From the IMG/VR virus record IMGVR_UViG_3300028887_000002, positions 148,278-212,277 of that record: a stretch of 64,000 bases of DNA; one strand, 5' to 3'. This document shows positions 9,336 through 21,500 of the stretch, piece by piece (position 1 is the first letter of the stretch; each line of letters starts with the position of its first letter). The position numbers and the translations under genes were made by a program. The DNA comes from a virus (lineage: Duplodnaviria; Heunggongvirae; Uroviricota; Caudoviricetes). Below the pieces are notes generated by a model that ran no database searches, was not told the DNA's origin, and worked only from the letters and a program-made list of their open reading frames with translations.

Positions 9336-9359
9336 GTGTAAAATTACGGAAGTTTAATG

Positions 9360-9366
9360 TATTTAT
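9360..9366 (+). promoter_or_regulatory. Putative late promoter element TATTTAT
   Basis: TGTATTTATTGTT, 33 nt before the RNR ATG. Confidence 0.4.
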
Positions 9367-9399
9367 TGTTCTTAAAAATAACAAATAAATAAAATTTTT

Positions 9400-12300
9400 A
9401 TGAATTACGTTGATAATGAATTAGAAGAATGGCTAAATCATAATGATTTAGGTTTGAGTATTGTCAGAAAGAAATATCTTGCGACAATAGGTAGTGATGA
9501 AGAAGGAAATCCAGTACAGGAAACATTTAGTCAGTGGATGGATAGGATTTCAAATGGTAATGCCGACATAAGAAAGTTGCTGGTTGAAAAAAAGTTTTTA
9601 TTTGGTGGTAGAATACTTTCTAACAGAAAAATCATTGACAATGGAATTAAGTCAACATTAAGTAACTGCTATGTCCTTTCAGTTGATGATAACATAGAGA
9701 GTATATATAAATGCTGTTCGGATATGGCTAGGACATATTCATACGGCGGTGGAGTAGGCATTGACATATCGAAATTAAGACCAAGAGGGGCAGTTGTTCA
9801 TAATTCAGCGAAAACAACAAGCGGTGCGGTTTCATTTATGAAAACTTTTGACGTTGTAACAGGTACTATTGGACAAAGTGGACGGCGTGGTGCTTTGATG
9901 ATAAGTTTGGATATTAGACACCCTGATATTGAAGAATTTATTGATATTAAAGCAAATACTACTGAAATTACTAATGCGAACATTTCGGTCAGAGTAAACG
10001 ATGAATTTATGAGTGCTGTTGAAAACGACAAGGATTACATCCTTAGATATCCTTGCGAAACAACATTATCCGAAACAATTACAGAAAGTTTGCCATATGG
10101 TGAGGTTAAATATGAAAATGGTGTTTACCTAAAAAAAGTTAAGGCTAAGGAACTTTTTATGAAAATAGCCAAAAATAATTGGGATTATGGCGAACCTGGT
10201 GTTTTGTATTGGGATACTATATGTAACTACAACCTGATGAGCGAGAATCCTAACTTCAAGTATGCAGGAGTAAACCCTTGCGTTAGTGGCGATACCCTTA
10301 TTTTGACTGATACGGGTTACAAGCGTATTGATAGTCTGGTAGGCAAGAAAGTAAATGTTTGGAATGGCTACGAATGGTCTGAAGTTGAACCTAGAATTAC
10401 TGGACATAATCAAGAAATGGTATTGATAACCTTATCTAACGGAATTAAACTCAATTGTACCAAATACCACAAGTTTGTTCTAAAGGATGGTAGTCGTGTT
10501 GAAGCAAAAGATTTAAAAATCAAGGATAAGTTGGTCAAATGTAATTTCCCTATTATCAATAGCGGTGAAACACATGAAGAGAAACTTTATTATACCTTAG
10601 GATTTTTTGCTGGTGACGGTTACTTCAAGAGAGAGGATGAACCTGTAATATATCTATATGACAAAAAGAAGTGTGTTTTACCTTACATACTTGATGGGGT
10701 AGTAAGAGAGGATGAAAAAGAAAAACGTTTAGCAATTACACTCACGAAGCATAGAGAATATTTCAAGGATAAAGATTATGTACCTAACTGTGAAGTCTCA
10801 TTAAAGGATAGGCTTGAATGGCTTTCGGGTTTAATTGATTCTGATGGGAATTGCAATGATGCAAGTGGGTCAATAACAATTTCTTCAATTACCCGCCAGT
10901 TCCTACAAGATGTTCAGTTAATGCTGAATACCTTAGGTGTTGCATCAACAGTAAATGTTATGCATAAGTCGGGAGACCGTAAATTACCGAAACATAATAA
11001 GAATAACGAATATGGTATATATCATTGCAACGAAAGTTATCGTTTGTGCATTGGTGCTAGCCAGGTACAGATGCTATTGCAACTTGGTCTCTCATTACAT
11101 AGAGTAAAGACTAATCCTAATGTAAGCAGGAATGCAAGCCGATTTATTGAAATAGTAAATATTGAAGACAACTCAACTTGCGATACCGTTTATTGTTTCA
11201 ATGAGCCTAAGAATCACACTGGCATCTTTAATGGTTGTGTTACAGCACAGTGTGCCGAAGAACCCCTACCAGATGGCGGTGCTTGCTTGTTGGGTAGTAT
11301 GAATTTGATGTGTTATGTCAAGGATAATGGTGAGTTTGATTATGATGAATTTGGTAAAGATGTTAGAATTGCAACAACTGCTCTCAATGAAGTACAACAA
11401 GAAGGAATAGAACTTCACCCATTACCAATACAGAAACAAACAGCATCCCAATTCAGACAGATTGGGTTAGGTATATTTGATTTGGCTGGTGCGTTAATAA
11501 AGATGAAAGTACGTTATGGGTCAGAAGAGAGTTGCAAAGTTGCATATGATATAACACACACAATGTTACTGGAAGCATTTAAACAATCTTGTGACCTTAA
11601 TACTGAAGGTGTTGTATATGAAGGAATGTTTGATAGCGAAATGTATAAGAAACAGATTAAACCCTATCTTCCACCTAAATACATAAATCGTTACCCACTA
11701 AATAGCCAAATATTAACAATTGCACCAACTGGTACATTATCAACGATGGTTAATGCTACATCAGGTGGTGGCGAACCAATGTTTGCAACTTATTACACTA
11801 GAACCACAAAGTCATTATACGGAAAAGATGTTACCTTTAAAGTATATCCGCAATGTATTCTTGACTTTTATAATGGTGAGCCTGAAACATTGGATGATTT
11901 GCCAGACTATTTTATTACAGCAGATAAATTAGACTGGAGAGAACGTGTTAAGATGCAAGGCACGTTGCAGAAGAATATTGACGCTAGCATATCTTCAACG
12001 GTTAACCTTAAAGAAAGTAGTACTATTGAAGATGTGTTTAACATATATCTGACTGCATGGAAAGAAGGTCTTAAAGGTATTACAATATTCAGAGACAATT
12101 GCAAACGTGTTGCAATTTTATCAAAACCAGTACAAGAGATTGAACCTTTAACGGAATTCAAAACAACAACAGCGCCAAAACGACCAAAAGCATTGGAGGC
12201 TGATTTTTATCAGATAAAAGCAATGGGTGAGGACTTTAGGGTATTCGTAGGATTATATGAAGGTCGCCCCTATGAGATTTTTGCAATGCCTTGTGAGTCC

Positions 12301-12669
12301 TGTGACAAATTACCATCACATAAAGGACAGATAATTAAAACCAAGAAGCGTACATATAGATTTGTATCCGATTTAGTTGATATTGAAAACATAGCGTTGA
12401 ATGAAGAAGGTGATAGAATTTATCGTAATGTAACCCTTCATGTTTCAGGAGCATTAAGACATGGTATGCCTATTAAGTCAATAATTTCCCTTGAAGAAAA
12501 ATGTAATGATAATATAATATCATTCAATAAGGCGATATCAAGAGTATTGGCTAAATACTTGCCCAAGGACACTATTACTGATGACACTTGCCCAGAATGT
12601 GGTAATAAATTGGTATTTGAAAACGGTTGTAAACATTGTCCTTCATGTGGATACTCACAATGTGGATAA
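9400..12669 (+). CDS. nrdJ: Ribonucleoside-diphosphate reductase, probably class II (B12-dependent), intein-containing, with C-terminal TSCPD-like and Zn-ribbon domains
   Basis: FLFGGRIL, SNCYVL, GGGVGIDISKLRPRG, NP/CAEEPL (split by the intein), ACLLGSMNL, TIAPTGTLS, DASISSTVN, GLKGITIFRD and CPECG...CPSCGYSQC. No ATP cone and no adjacent nrdB. Confidence 0.85.
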   Translation: MNYVDNELEEWLNHNDLGLSIVRKKYLATIGSDEEGNPVQETFSQWMDRISNGNADIRKLLVEKKFLFGGRILSNRKIIDNGIKSTLSNCYVLSVDDNIESIYKCCSDMARTYSYGGGVGIDISKLRPRGAVVHNSAKTTSGAVSFMKTFDVVTGTIGQSGRRGALMISLDIRHPDIEEFIDIKANTTEITNANISVRVNDEFMSAVENDKDYILRYPCETTLSETITESLPYGEVKYENGVYLKKVKAKELFMKIAKNNWDYGEPGVLYWDTICNYNLMSENPNFKYAGVNPCVSGDTLILTDTGYKRIDSLVGKKVNVWNGYEWSEVEPRITGHNQEMVLITLSNGIKLNCTKYHKFVLKDGSRVEAKDLKIKDKLVKCNFPIINSGETHEEKLYYTLGFFAGDGYFKREDEPVIYLYDKKKCVLPYILDGVVREDEKEKRLAITLTKHREYFKDKDYVPNCEVSLKDRLEWLSGLIDSDGNCNDASGSITISSITRQFLQDVQLMLNTLGVASTVNVMHKSGDRKLPKHNKNNEYGIYHCNESYRLCIGASQVQMLLQLGLSLHRVKTNPNVSRNASRFIEIVNIEDNSTCDTVYCFNEPKNHTGIFNGCVTAQCAEEPLPDGGACLLGSMNLMCYVKDNGEFDYDEFGKDVRIATTALNEVQQEGIELHPLPIQKQTASQFRQIGLGIFDLAGALIKMKVRYGSEESCKVAYDITHTMLLEAFKQSCDLNTEGVVYEGMFDSEMYKKQIKPYLPPKYINRYPLNSQILTIAPTGTLSTMVNATSGGGEPMFATYYTRTTKSLYGKDVTFKVYPQCILDFYNGEPETLDDLPDYFITADKLDWRERVKMQGTLQKNIDASISSTVNLKESSTIEDVFNIYLTAWKEGLKGITIFRDNCKRVAILSKPVQEIEPLTEFKTTTAPKRPKALEADFYQIKAMGEDFRVFVGLYEGRPYEIFAMPCESCDKLPSHKGQIIKTKKRTYRFVSDLVDIENIALNEEGDRIYRNVTLHVSGALRHGMPIKSIISLEEKCNDNIISFNKAISRVLAKYLPKDTITDDTCPECGNKLVFENGCKHCPSCGYSQCG
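10279..11250 (+). mobile_element. Intein with LAGLIDADG homing endonuclease (324 aa) at the RNR catalytic Cys
   Basis: Inserted at NP|C. Block A CVSGDTLI, block B CTKYHKF, endonuclease motifs LGFFAGDG and LSGLIDSDG, block F VYCFNEPKNHTGIFNG, ending TAQ|CAEE. Confidence 0.93.
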
Positions 12670-12790
12670 AACATATAAAGGTACAACTTGGTGAAATATA
12701 TGCCCAGAGGTCTATACATTCGTTAGTTATGACGGAACTATGACAGAATCGGTTGGTTGTTAGAAATAACTTTTCTTGGTTTCAAATTAT

Positions 12791-12825
12791 AAAAAACCTA
12801 TATTTATGTGTATAGGTTTTTTTAT
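12791..12825. terminator. Bidirectional-type hairpin with TATTTAT at the stem/loop
   Basis: AAAAAACCTATA-tttatgtg-TATAGGTTTTTT is a perfect 12-bp inverted repeat between nrdJ and the baseplate operon. Confidence 0.7.
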
Positions 12826-12831
12826 TTTATT

Positions 12832-13218
12832 ATGGCAAAGAGACAATTTTACGGCATAAAGTTTCCGATAACCATCAAGTCCGAACGAAAGACAGCACTT
12901 GACTTGTGCGAAACACCTTCGGAGAAGATAACAAGTGAACTTATGCACCTTATATTTACCCCGAAGCGGCAGAAGTTGAGAGACCCCGACTTCGGTACAG
13001 ACCTTATACAATACATATTCAGTCCCAACGACAGTCAGACTTGGGATGATGTGATGAGTGAGATAAAAACAAAGGTTTCAAGGTATATTCCCCAGTGTGA
13101 CATAAAGGACATACAGATTGTAATGAGTGATGACGGATTGGGGATTTACGCCAAGATAACATATTCCGTGACAATAAACGGAAATGAAACTACCAACGAA
13201 ATAATGACCAAACTGTAG
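12832..13218 (+). CDS. Baseplate wedge subunit, T4 gp25-like
   Basis: YGIKFP, LIFTPKRQKLRDPDFGTDL..YIF and I...V.RYIP, typical of the gp25/GPW family. Start moved to ATG 12832. Confidence 0.82.
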   Translation: MAKRQFYGIKFPITIKSERKTALDLCETPSEKITSELMHLIFTPKRQKLRDPDFGTDLIQYIFSPNDSQTWDDVMSEIKTKVSRYIPQCDIKDIQIVMSDDGLGIYAKITYSVTINGNETTNEIMTKL

Positions 13219-13222
13219 AAAG

Positions 13223-15250
13223 ATGGCGGAGAACAAGATTAGATATTCAGCAAGAACATACGATGAGGTAAGAAACGCAATAAACCAATTTACCCAGCGT
13301 TACTATTCAGACATATTCCATAGTTTCAATGATGCTTCAATAGGCTTATGGCTTGTTGATTTGGTATCGGATACATATGATGCCTTGAGTTACAACATTG
13401 ACAAAATGTATCAGGAAACCAACATTGATTCGGCGCAGTTGAGAAGTTCAATATTGCAACAGGCGAAGAACAACGGAGTTAAGGTTCCTGGTGCAAAGTG
13501 TGCATTGGTTGAGGTTGAAATCAGTTGCGAACTTCCAACCAACAATGGTGATAACAACTTGGCTCTTGCTGATGAAAGGTATGCACCTATCGTAAAGAGG
13601 GGTTGCCTTTTCAGTTCTGGTGAGGTAACCTTTGAACTTATGGAGGATGTTGATTTCAGTCAGCAATTCGATTCCAATGGCATATCAAACAGGAAGATTC
13701 TACCAAGACGCAACAGCAACGGAAACATAGTATCCTACATATATAGAAAACTCGCAGTCTGTGTGGCTGGTCAATCTAAAGTATACAAGAAGACTATAAG
13801 TGCATCTGACATTGAACCCTTTATGAACTTTGAAATACCCGATGATGGTGTAACCAACGTTGAGAGCATATTGCTCAAGCAGGGTAGCAGTTTGAAAGGT
13901 GAACCAGCATTGAATGAGTTCTATGTTGACAGGGAAAGTTTTGAGGATGTCAACGGCTATCCTACAATGAGGTACTTTGAGGTTGAAAATCTTTGTGAAC
14001 AGTATCGTTTCGGTCACGTTGAACAGGAAGTTAGTTCAATTGATGGGACAAGGACATATTACTCGCCAGTATGGGAGGTAATAGACAGCATTGACTTGGG
14101 TAATGGTACTGAAGAACCGATAAGGATGGCAATGCGTGGCAAATGGAAACGCTTGAAGAACAAGTTCATTACCGAATTTACTGACAAGAATAGACTGAAG
14201 GTTACTTTTGGTTCGGGCATTCGTAACCAATATGGGGTTATTCCTGACAACGCACATTTGTTTACCCAGTACCTTATGTCAAGGATGGAAGCCAATGACT
14301 ATATGGGCGTACTTCCAGAACCTAACACGACTATGTATGTATTGTATCGTGTCGGTGGCGGTGAGATAAGCAATGTTGCAAGCGGTACGGTCACCAATAT
14401 ACTTTACCTTTCAGCCGACATAAATGGCAACTGTGATGATGTTAAGAACGAGAGCAAGAAGATACAGGTAAGGCGTAGCATAAGCGTCAACAACCCAACT
14501 CCTTCATATGGAGGAAAGGATGTTCCAACCAACAGTGAGATAAAGTACGTTGCCAAGTATGGAACTGCTTCACAGAACAGGTGTGTTACTGTAAGGGACT
14601 ATTACGCAAGGCTTTTGGAAATCGAACCGAAGTATGGTTGTCCTTTTAGAACGGGCGTTGCCGAAGAGAACAATAAGATAGTGATATATACCTTGGGTTT
14701 GGACTACGAAGGTAAGTTAAAATCTATGCTTTCGGAGACCGTTGCTGAGAACATGAAGGAGTATCTTTCAAACTTTAGGATGATTAACGACTTCGTGGAG
14801 ATAAGGTCGGGACACATCATAAACCTTGCATTTGACATAGACGTATTCATTGACAAGGCTTATGACAAGAATAATGTTGTAAAAAATATCATTGAACTGG
14901 TTACGGCATACTTTGATGTTCGTGCACATCAGATGGGTGAGGATATATTCGTTGGCGACTTGGAGAAGGAAATATCAAAACTTGATGGTGTAGTGAACCT
15001 TATAGGGCTGAGATGTTATAACCGCACTGGTGAAGGTTATTCGCCAAACGTTGCAATGCAGAGCATGGTTGACCCGAACAGTTGTAATTATAATCCTGAT
15101 GACGAGAACACTAGTGGCAGTCTGGTTGATACCAACACCAGCCAGATAGACTTGCTTGCTAGTGACAAGATATTGTTCAGTGACATCAGCACGATGTTTG
15201 AGATTAAGTATCCAGGCAAGGATATTAGGGTGAATGTTAAACTTAAATAG
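13223..15250 (+). CDS. Baseplate wedge protein, T4 gp6-like (baseplate J family)
   Basis: Y.ARTYDE, F...SIG..LVDL, QET.IDSAQ.RSSI...AK..G, V.FGSG, YRVGGG..SNV, and GG.D.PT..EIK...K....QNRCVT..DY. Confidence 0.82.
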   Translation: MAENKIRYSARTYDEVRNAINQFTQRYYSDIFHSFNDASIGLWLVDLVSDTYDALSYNIDKMYQETNIDSAQLRSSILQQAKNNGVKVPGAKCALVEVEISCELPTNNGDNNLALADERYAPIVKRGCLFSSGEVTFELMEDVDFSQQFDSNGISNRKILPRRNSNGNIVSYIYRKLAVCVAGQSKVYKKTISASDIEPFMNFEIPDDGVTNVESILLKQGSSLKGEPALNEFYVDRESFEDVNGYPTMRYFEVENLCEQYRFGHVEQEVSSIDGTRTYYSPVWEVIDSIDLGNGTEEPIRMAMRGKWKRLKNKFITEFTDKNRLKVTFGSGIRNQYGVIPDNAHLFTQYLMSRMEANDYMGVLPEPNTTMYVLYRVGGGEISNVASGTVTNILYLSADINGNCDDVKNESKKIQVRRSISVNNPTPSYGGKDVPTNSEIKYVAKYGTASQNRCVTVRDYYARLLEIEPKYGCPFRTGVAEENNKIVIYTLGLDYEGKLKSMLSETVAENMKEYLSNFRMINDFVEIRSGHIINLAFDIDVFIDKAYDKNNVVKNIIELVTAYFDVRAHQMGEDIFVGDLEKEISKLDGVVNLIGLRCYNRTGEGYSPNVAMQSMVDPNSCNYNPDDENTSGSLVDTNTSQIDLLASDKILFSDISTMFEIKYPGKDIRVNVKLK

Positions 15251-15259
15251 ATATAAATA

Positions 15260-15511
15260 ATGGCTTGTGCATGTAAAGAGACCGCAAAGAAGGCGGGTGA
15301 ATTAAGTGAAGACAGTACCGTATTCGAGGAAATTAAGGGATGGAAAAAAGTATTGTATGCGATAGAAAAGTTCATAATATCGGTATTGGTATTTGTTATA
15401 ATAGTGGCAATTTCACCAATACTATTATTCGTTATGATATTCAGGGGGTTCTTAGGGACAAAGGATACTATAAAACTCAGCAAGGTGGTGAGTGTACTAA
15501 AAAAGTTTTAA
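15260..15511 (+). CDS. Small membrane protein with N-terminal MACAC
   Basis: 83 aa with the long hydrophobic segment FIISVLVFVIIVAISPILLFVMIF, tightly packed in the baseplate operon. Confidence 0.6.
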   Translation: MACACKETAKKAGELSEDSTVFEEIKGWKKVLYAIEKFIISVLVFVIIVAISPILLFVMIFRGFLGTKDTIKLSKVVSVLKKF

Positions 15512-15520
15512 GGCCAAGTT

Positions 15521-18500
15521 ATGAATAGCAACAGGAGTTATCGAGTAAGGACGGAAGTTGGGCAGAATAGCCCTAATGTCTTAAATGTCAAGATTGACAA
15601 TAGTTTTGACATATTGGAAATATTATCCCTTAAACTAGACCAGGAAAACCTATATCACCTTCCGAAGTCAAACTATGGGGTGATAATTGGGCGTGTTATT
15701 GCAAATAAAGGGTTTGGTGTTCCGAATGCAAAAATTTCCGTATTCATACCTAAGGATAGCACCGAAGAACTGACTCCACTATATACTTATTCAAGTCCGT
15801 TCAGCAACGGCTCTGATGGTGTTAGATACAATCTGTTACCTTCAATGGTAAATGAGGAATGTCATCAGGACGTTGGGACTTTCTTTACAAAGAAGACTTT
15901 GCTTGACAATAATACGGTTATTGAAATCTTTGAAAAATACTACCGATACACAACAACGACCAACAGTGCTGGCGACTTTTTCCTTTCGGGCGTTCCGACT
16001 GGTATGCAGCAGGTACATATGGACTTGGATATGTCGGATTGTGGGGTATTGAGCCAGACCCCAAGGGATATGATATATAAGGGGTACAATATCAACCAGT
16101 TTGAAAGTAACGTCCAGTTCAAGAAGAGCACAAACCTTAACAACCTTGCACAGATATTCACACAGAACAAGTCAATATATGTCTATCCGTTTTGGGGTGA
16201 CACAACAGACGAAGATACTAATTCAACGATAACAAGGTGTGACATTGAAATTGATTACGAGTTTGAACCCACCTGCATTTTTATGGGTAGTGTGATAACT
16301 GATACTGGCGATGCAAGTTTATCCAAGAAATGTCAACCAGATATTATGCTTGGCAAGATGTCCAATATGGTGACTGGTGAAGGTAGCATTGAAATGATTA
16401 GGAAAACCCCGAACGGGAAAGTTGAGGAATATTCAGTTAAGGGGCAAAAACTTATTGATGGTAACGGTGTGTGGTGCTATCAGATACCAATGAACCTTGA
16501 CTACGTTACCACAGATGAGTTTGGTAATCTTGTCGCTAGTGACAATCCAAACAAAGGGATTGCCACAAGAACAAGGGTAAGGTTCAGAATATCAATGATG
16601 GACATTGATGATGACAGCATTGCGCGTAAAAGGGCGAGATACCTAGTACCGAACAACCCTTTGCTTGACAGTACATATTATCCAGAGTTCAATAGAAACC
16701 ACGAGTTTGACTATGAGTTTGGTTCACTAACGGCAGATGAGAACTTCAGAGACCTCTATTGGAACAAGGTTTATACCGTAAAGAGTTACATACCGAGATT
16801 ACAGAAGAAGACCAATACCAAAAGGAAAAACTTTACGGGTATCAAGGCTGTAAACCATTATGGTGACAACAACCCGATGCCATATAACAACATACAGATA
16901 AAGTTCAACTTCGCATATAGGTTTATGTGCACCTTACTGATGTTTACACTTGTTTTAGTGGCAATAATAAACAGAACAATCTCACCATTGGGCGTGGCAT
17001 TGTTCAAGGTCGGTAGGATACTTTTCAGGGTTGGTAAGATGTTTAGTAATGGAGAACCAGATGCTTTCATAGAAAATAGAGACGATAGCGTTAATGATAA
17101 TGCTGATAATGGCAAAGGCAAAGGGCTTATGACAGCAGGATGTAGGCTTATGAGGACTGGTCTTAGCATGTGTATTGGGTTTGAAAGCGATTTATGTGAT
17201 GAGATTGGCGGGTTAGCAATAACAACATTTTATCCTGGTATAACCCCAAAATTTTACGAATTAAAAATGGCACCAGGCAGTGCTGGTAACATAATAGGCG
17301 ATAATGAAAATTATGGCAACGCGTGTATTGAAAATGGTTGGTTTCAAGCAACTAATAATGACCCTCTTTATACGGATATTAGCGGAATAATGAATTGTAT
17401 AGAGAATTCCCTCGCTGCTGAAAATGAAGTCATCTCATTTAATTTCCACAACGACTGGGTTAACGGTGTACTTTATTTCCCATTGTGGATGAGGGTTATA
17501 AGGCCAAAGAAGAAATTCTTTTTCAACCTATTTACCCGAAAAGCAAAGGATACCTATTGTAATGCATCAAGGTCACCCAAAGGACGTGGATTGAAAATAT
17601 ACCAGCCCTGCGCACCGATAAGGGAATTGGATGACAACAATCGGGAGAGTCTTCCGCCATTATTTAACGGTTACCAAGGCGCAGCATACAATCCTAATGG
17701 ACTGGGTGGTGGCGGTGGTCATATTTACATGCATACTAACAGATGGTTAGACATAACGGACTACTATATGGGTATTGGCAACGAAAGCAATGGGTATAGG
17801 TTTAAATCACATAAGAAAACCATCGGAATGCTAAAGACTGATAATGGTATAATAGTTGAAAGAGAGACAAAACTTGGGCAATATGTTTATTACTATTCGT
17901 GTGGTGAATATCAAGAAGCAAGAGGTGGAGCATATCCATTTCAGAGTGGGACAGATGTGATAAAAACGCTTTTTGCAACTGATATTGTCTTACTGGGCAG
18001 TTTAGACAAATGTGACAGTGATGGTGTCCCGCAGTTTTTTAAAGAACTTCCAAGCACAACATATAATATGCCACCATCGTTATTGTCATTGGACTATGAA
18101 GTTGATGATACAGGAGATATTCCGAATTCGGTTAATTCAACTGACGAAGACAGGAATGACGATATAATGGAGGCCATCAAGCCAGAGACATTACATACTG
18201 AATACAGTGGTGCAGACTGGGGTGATTCAAGTTATGATTTACATTACGATAATCGTCCCTATCATCCATTTACACTATTTCCATCAGGCTATGATTGGAC
18301 AATAGGTGGGATGATACGCAACATAATAAATTTCACACATGGTAATACAACACGTCCCATCTCAATACCAGTAATACCTGGCGGCGAACAGTTTGATAAT
18401 GGTGGATTGTTTTATGGTATAACTTGTAATTCGTCATATGTAAAGCCTAAGTCCTGCATAAATCTTTCAAGACAATGTGAGTTTGGTGTGACATTAGACC

Positions 18501-21500
18501 AGTCTATTGACATTCCAGGCGATTTAACAAGGGTAGAAAATGATAATTCTTACGGCCTATTATTACCTGACGGTTTCATTTCATATGATGAGATTGCAAA
18601 TCATGACGGACGCAGTATGTTTGCAACTATGAACTATGACCTTCTTAAATATAGGTTCGATGAAAGGACTGGCTACAAGAAGGTAGATTTTAGGCATAAG
18701 ACTGTTGATAATTTTGACGGTTCGTTGTCACGGCTTATGAAAAATGAACACGGGGGCTATGGCAACCCTTCTCCAAACGAAAGAAATTATGTTGACAACT
18801 ACAAATTAGAAACAGCCAGCAGGGATTATCTAAACTTTAGATTCGGTGATAAAAATGTTAATTACTACCGCATTAATGGCCGTTTCTTAGGTAAACCTGT
18901 AGACAAGAGAATTCCACAGTATAGAAATTCATTCTATTTTTATTTTGGACTAAAGGAAGGGAAGACGGCTATTGACCGTTTTAAAGCAGAATATTACGGA
19001 ACCTGTCCAGCCAATAGTGGTGAATATGCTGTAAAAGTGAAGTATAGAGCAAACGAATGGTGCATAAATGAACCGCATTCTGGTGCATATGTTGCGTTGT
19101 ATGCAAGAGATATCGTATTGCCGTATACTGTTTCATTCCTTAACAACGATGACTTGACTGCCGAGGTAATTGATTCTGATGGCTACATTGAGAATGAAAA
19201 GGTATATTTCGCCAGTGAACCAATTGAGGAGTTGGAAAGTGAAGGGTATTTTAGAGTTAACAAGCATTTACCTAACGCCCATTACACTGTGACAATTGTT
19301 GATGCTGAAAGCAACGTGACCAATATTGAAATAGCATTTGTAGTTCCTGTTATTGACGCACAAGTTGGTGCGATTAATTTCACAAAGACAAACGATGAAC
19401 TGTTTAATGACCCAAATATTGACTACTCTACAATAGCGAACGACACCACTACGATTGATAGCACAAGCCGTGAAATAGGCGGTTGCATTGCAATATCCAA
19501 TATCAACACCAACAGTGTAAGTGATGTTGTTAGGGTAAAAGTTGCGCCAGCAAATCCGTCAGACTTCCCATCAACAGACCCATTGGGTATTTATACTGGT
19601 TTTGAATATAGGATAGTTTTAGGCTCTTCATATTCAGGATGGTATGACAATCAAGGTACTGCGGTTGGTAATATGGGCAAGATTAAATATGATGAAACTA
19701 TTGATACGTTTCTGATTACACTTCCAAAGGGTGGTGTTTCATACAAAGTAACCCTAATTTCGCTTTGTGATGACGAAGAGACTGAAAACCAAACCATCAG
19801 TAACGTTTATGTTGACGAAGGGTCTAATAATATCTTATTGGTGAATGATATTGACTATCGTCTTTTTTCTAATTTTGAAAGTGGCGTAGATAACGATGGC
19901 GTCTTTGATTCGTCAGATATTAGGGGGTGGGTTGACATTGACAATCTGTCATATTCGGACAGTACTAATTTTACCCCGCAGGCATTAGTTCAAACCAAGT
20001 TAATAGATAGATTAAGTTTGGCTACACAGCCTTCGGGTGGTGATGTTGTTGATACTGCGGAATTATTAAGTAGTGAAACAGTTACAGGAAGTAATTCATC
20101 ATACAGATGGACTAGTGAATACAGACTACCGTTAACCGACCTACCTGTTGATATTCAGTCATACGAATCAATACCGACTACCAATGACGGCCTATACATT
20201 TATTACGAGTACAATCTAGTCAACTGGGAACAATACCCACGCCCAGAAGACTGGGTATTTAGTGATAACGACACATATGCAACCATAAATGATTCAAACG
20301 CTGATGATACATTCCATACTTGGCGAAGGATAGGTACTGATGAGAACAATTATGTATATAGGCACTATACAATAGAACCGCACAAGGAACTGTACAAATG
20401 GAACGGTACTTCATATGAACAAGTATTAGATGGCGACAATAACCCAGTATCCGACTATCAAGATGACCCGAACTTTGATTATGCAGGATATTACGACGGT
20501 ATGGATGGTGCTGGTAAGGAATCTTGGATAGAACTAATAAACGAATGTATTGACAAGAGGTACGATGTGGTAATGAAGATGAAAGATGCCTTCTGGATAC
20601 AGGATTATCAGGAGGGACAGCAGGATAATGATGGTAATACATTGTTGCTATCAACCATCGGCTATGACATACCATACACGAAAGTCATAAAATATACTGA
20701 CTATATGGACAATTTAAGTCTTCCAGTACAACCGACACCTTCAGTCCAGCAATATGAAACAACAAGCGACAACAAGCCTCATATTTGGTATCCGTTGGTT
20801 GATATGAGCGATAACAATACACTAATATGGAATAACAAGTTGCCATATGCTGTTGGTGTAAAATGTGGAAACGGAACTAAATTGCCGACGACAATCAATC
20901 CCAATACCGACATTAATACAACCAACAAGACTGAAATACTTTCACAGTTCACCAAGGTTCTCTATATGAACAAGACGTTTGATTTCAGGTATGTATGCTG
21001 GGGTGAGACTGGTGATACTAATAGCGGCTTTTATAGGGTATGGGACTATGATGCAAGACCAAGTAGTGTTACCCCTGCAATACCAGGCAGTAATTCACTT
21101 AACCCCATTGTGAAAAACGGAATATTTGCCATTGCAATTGAAAATGGAATTATAAATAGTGATATTGATTATAATAATAATGCGAGGGTCAACTTCATAT
21201 CCCAAAAAATAACAAACACAACAACCAACGTTGAGACTGAATTGAATATATGTAATTTTAGGGATTATACTACGAATATGTATGATACCGAAAGCCGAAT
21301 GCCAACTCGACGCACGCTGGTTGAAGACTTTTCATTAATAGATGAAAGTATTACTGATTTGGCTAACGATAGCAACACCAACCCAACTTTGAACAATTAT
21401 AGAGTATGGGAGAATGATAACAACGGATTGCAACTGCAAACATTTCCAAGGAGTAGCACAGACTGCTATTCAGTGGAGTTTACCCATCACTATATGGGTG

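Noticed and set aside
10279-11250. Group I intron in the RNR gene
   Set aside because: The insertion is in frame with no stops and has complete intein splicing blocks, so it is an intein.
12700-12726. MPRGLYIR* mini-ORF resembling the start of an HNH/NUMOD homing endonuclease after nrdJ
   Set aside because: Only 8 codons with no continuing frame or His/Asn motif; not distinguishable from chance.
15252-15259. T4-type sense-strand TATAAATA late promoter (also TATAAATT at ~1252)
   Set aside because: It directly abuts the start codon as part of an AT-rich translation-initiation region. The recurrent gene-oriented motif is TATTTAT, and sense TATAAATA otherwise appears mainly within palindromic sites.
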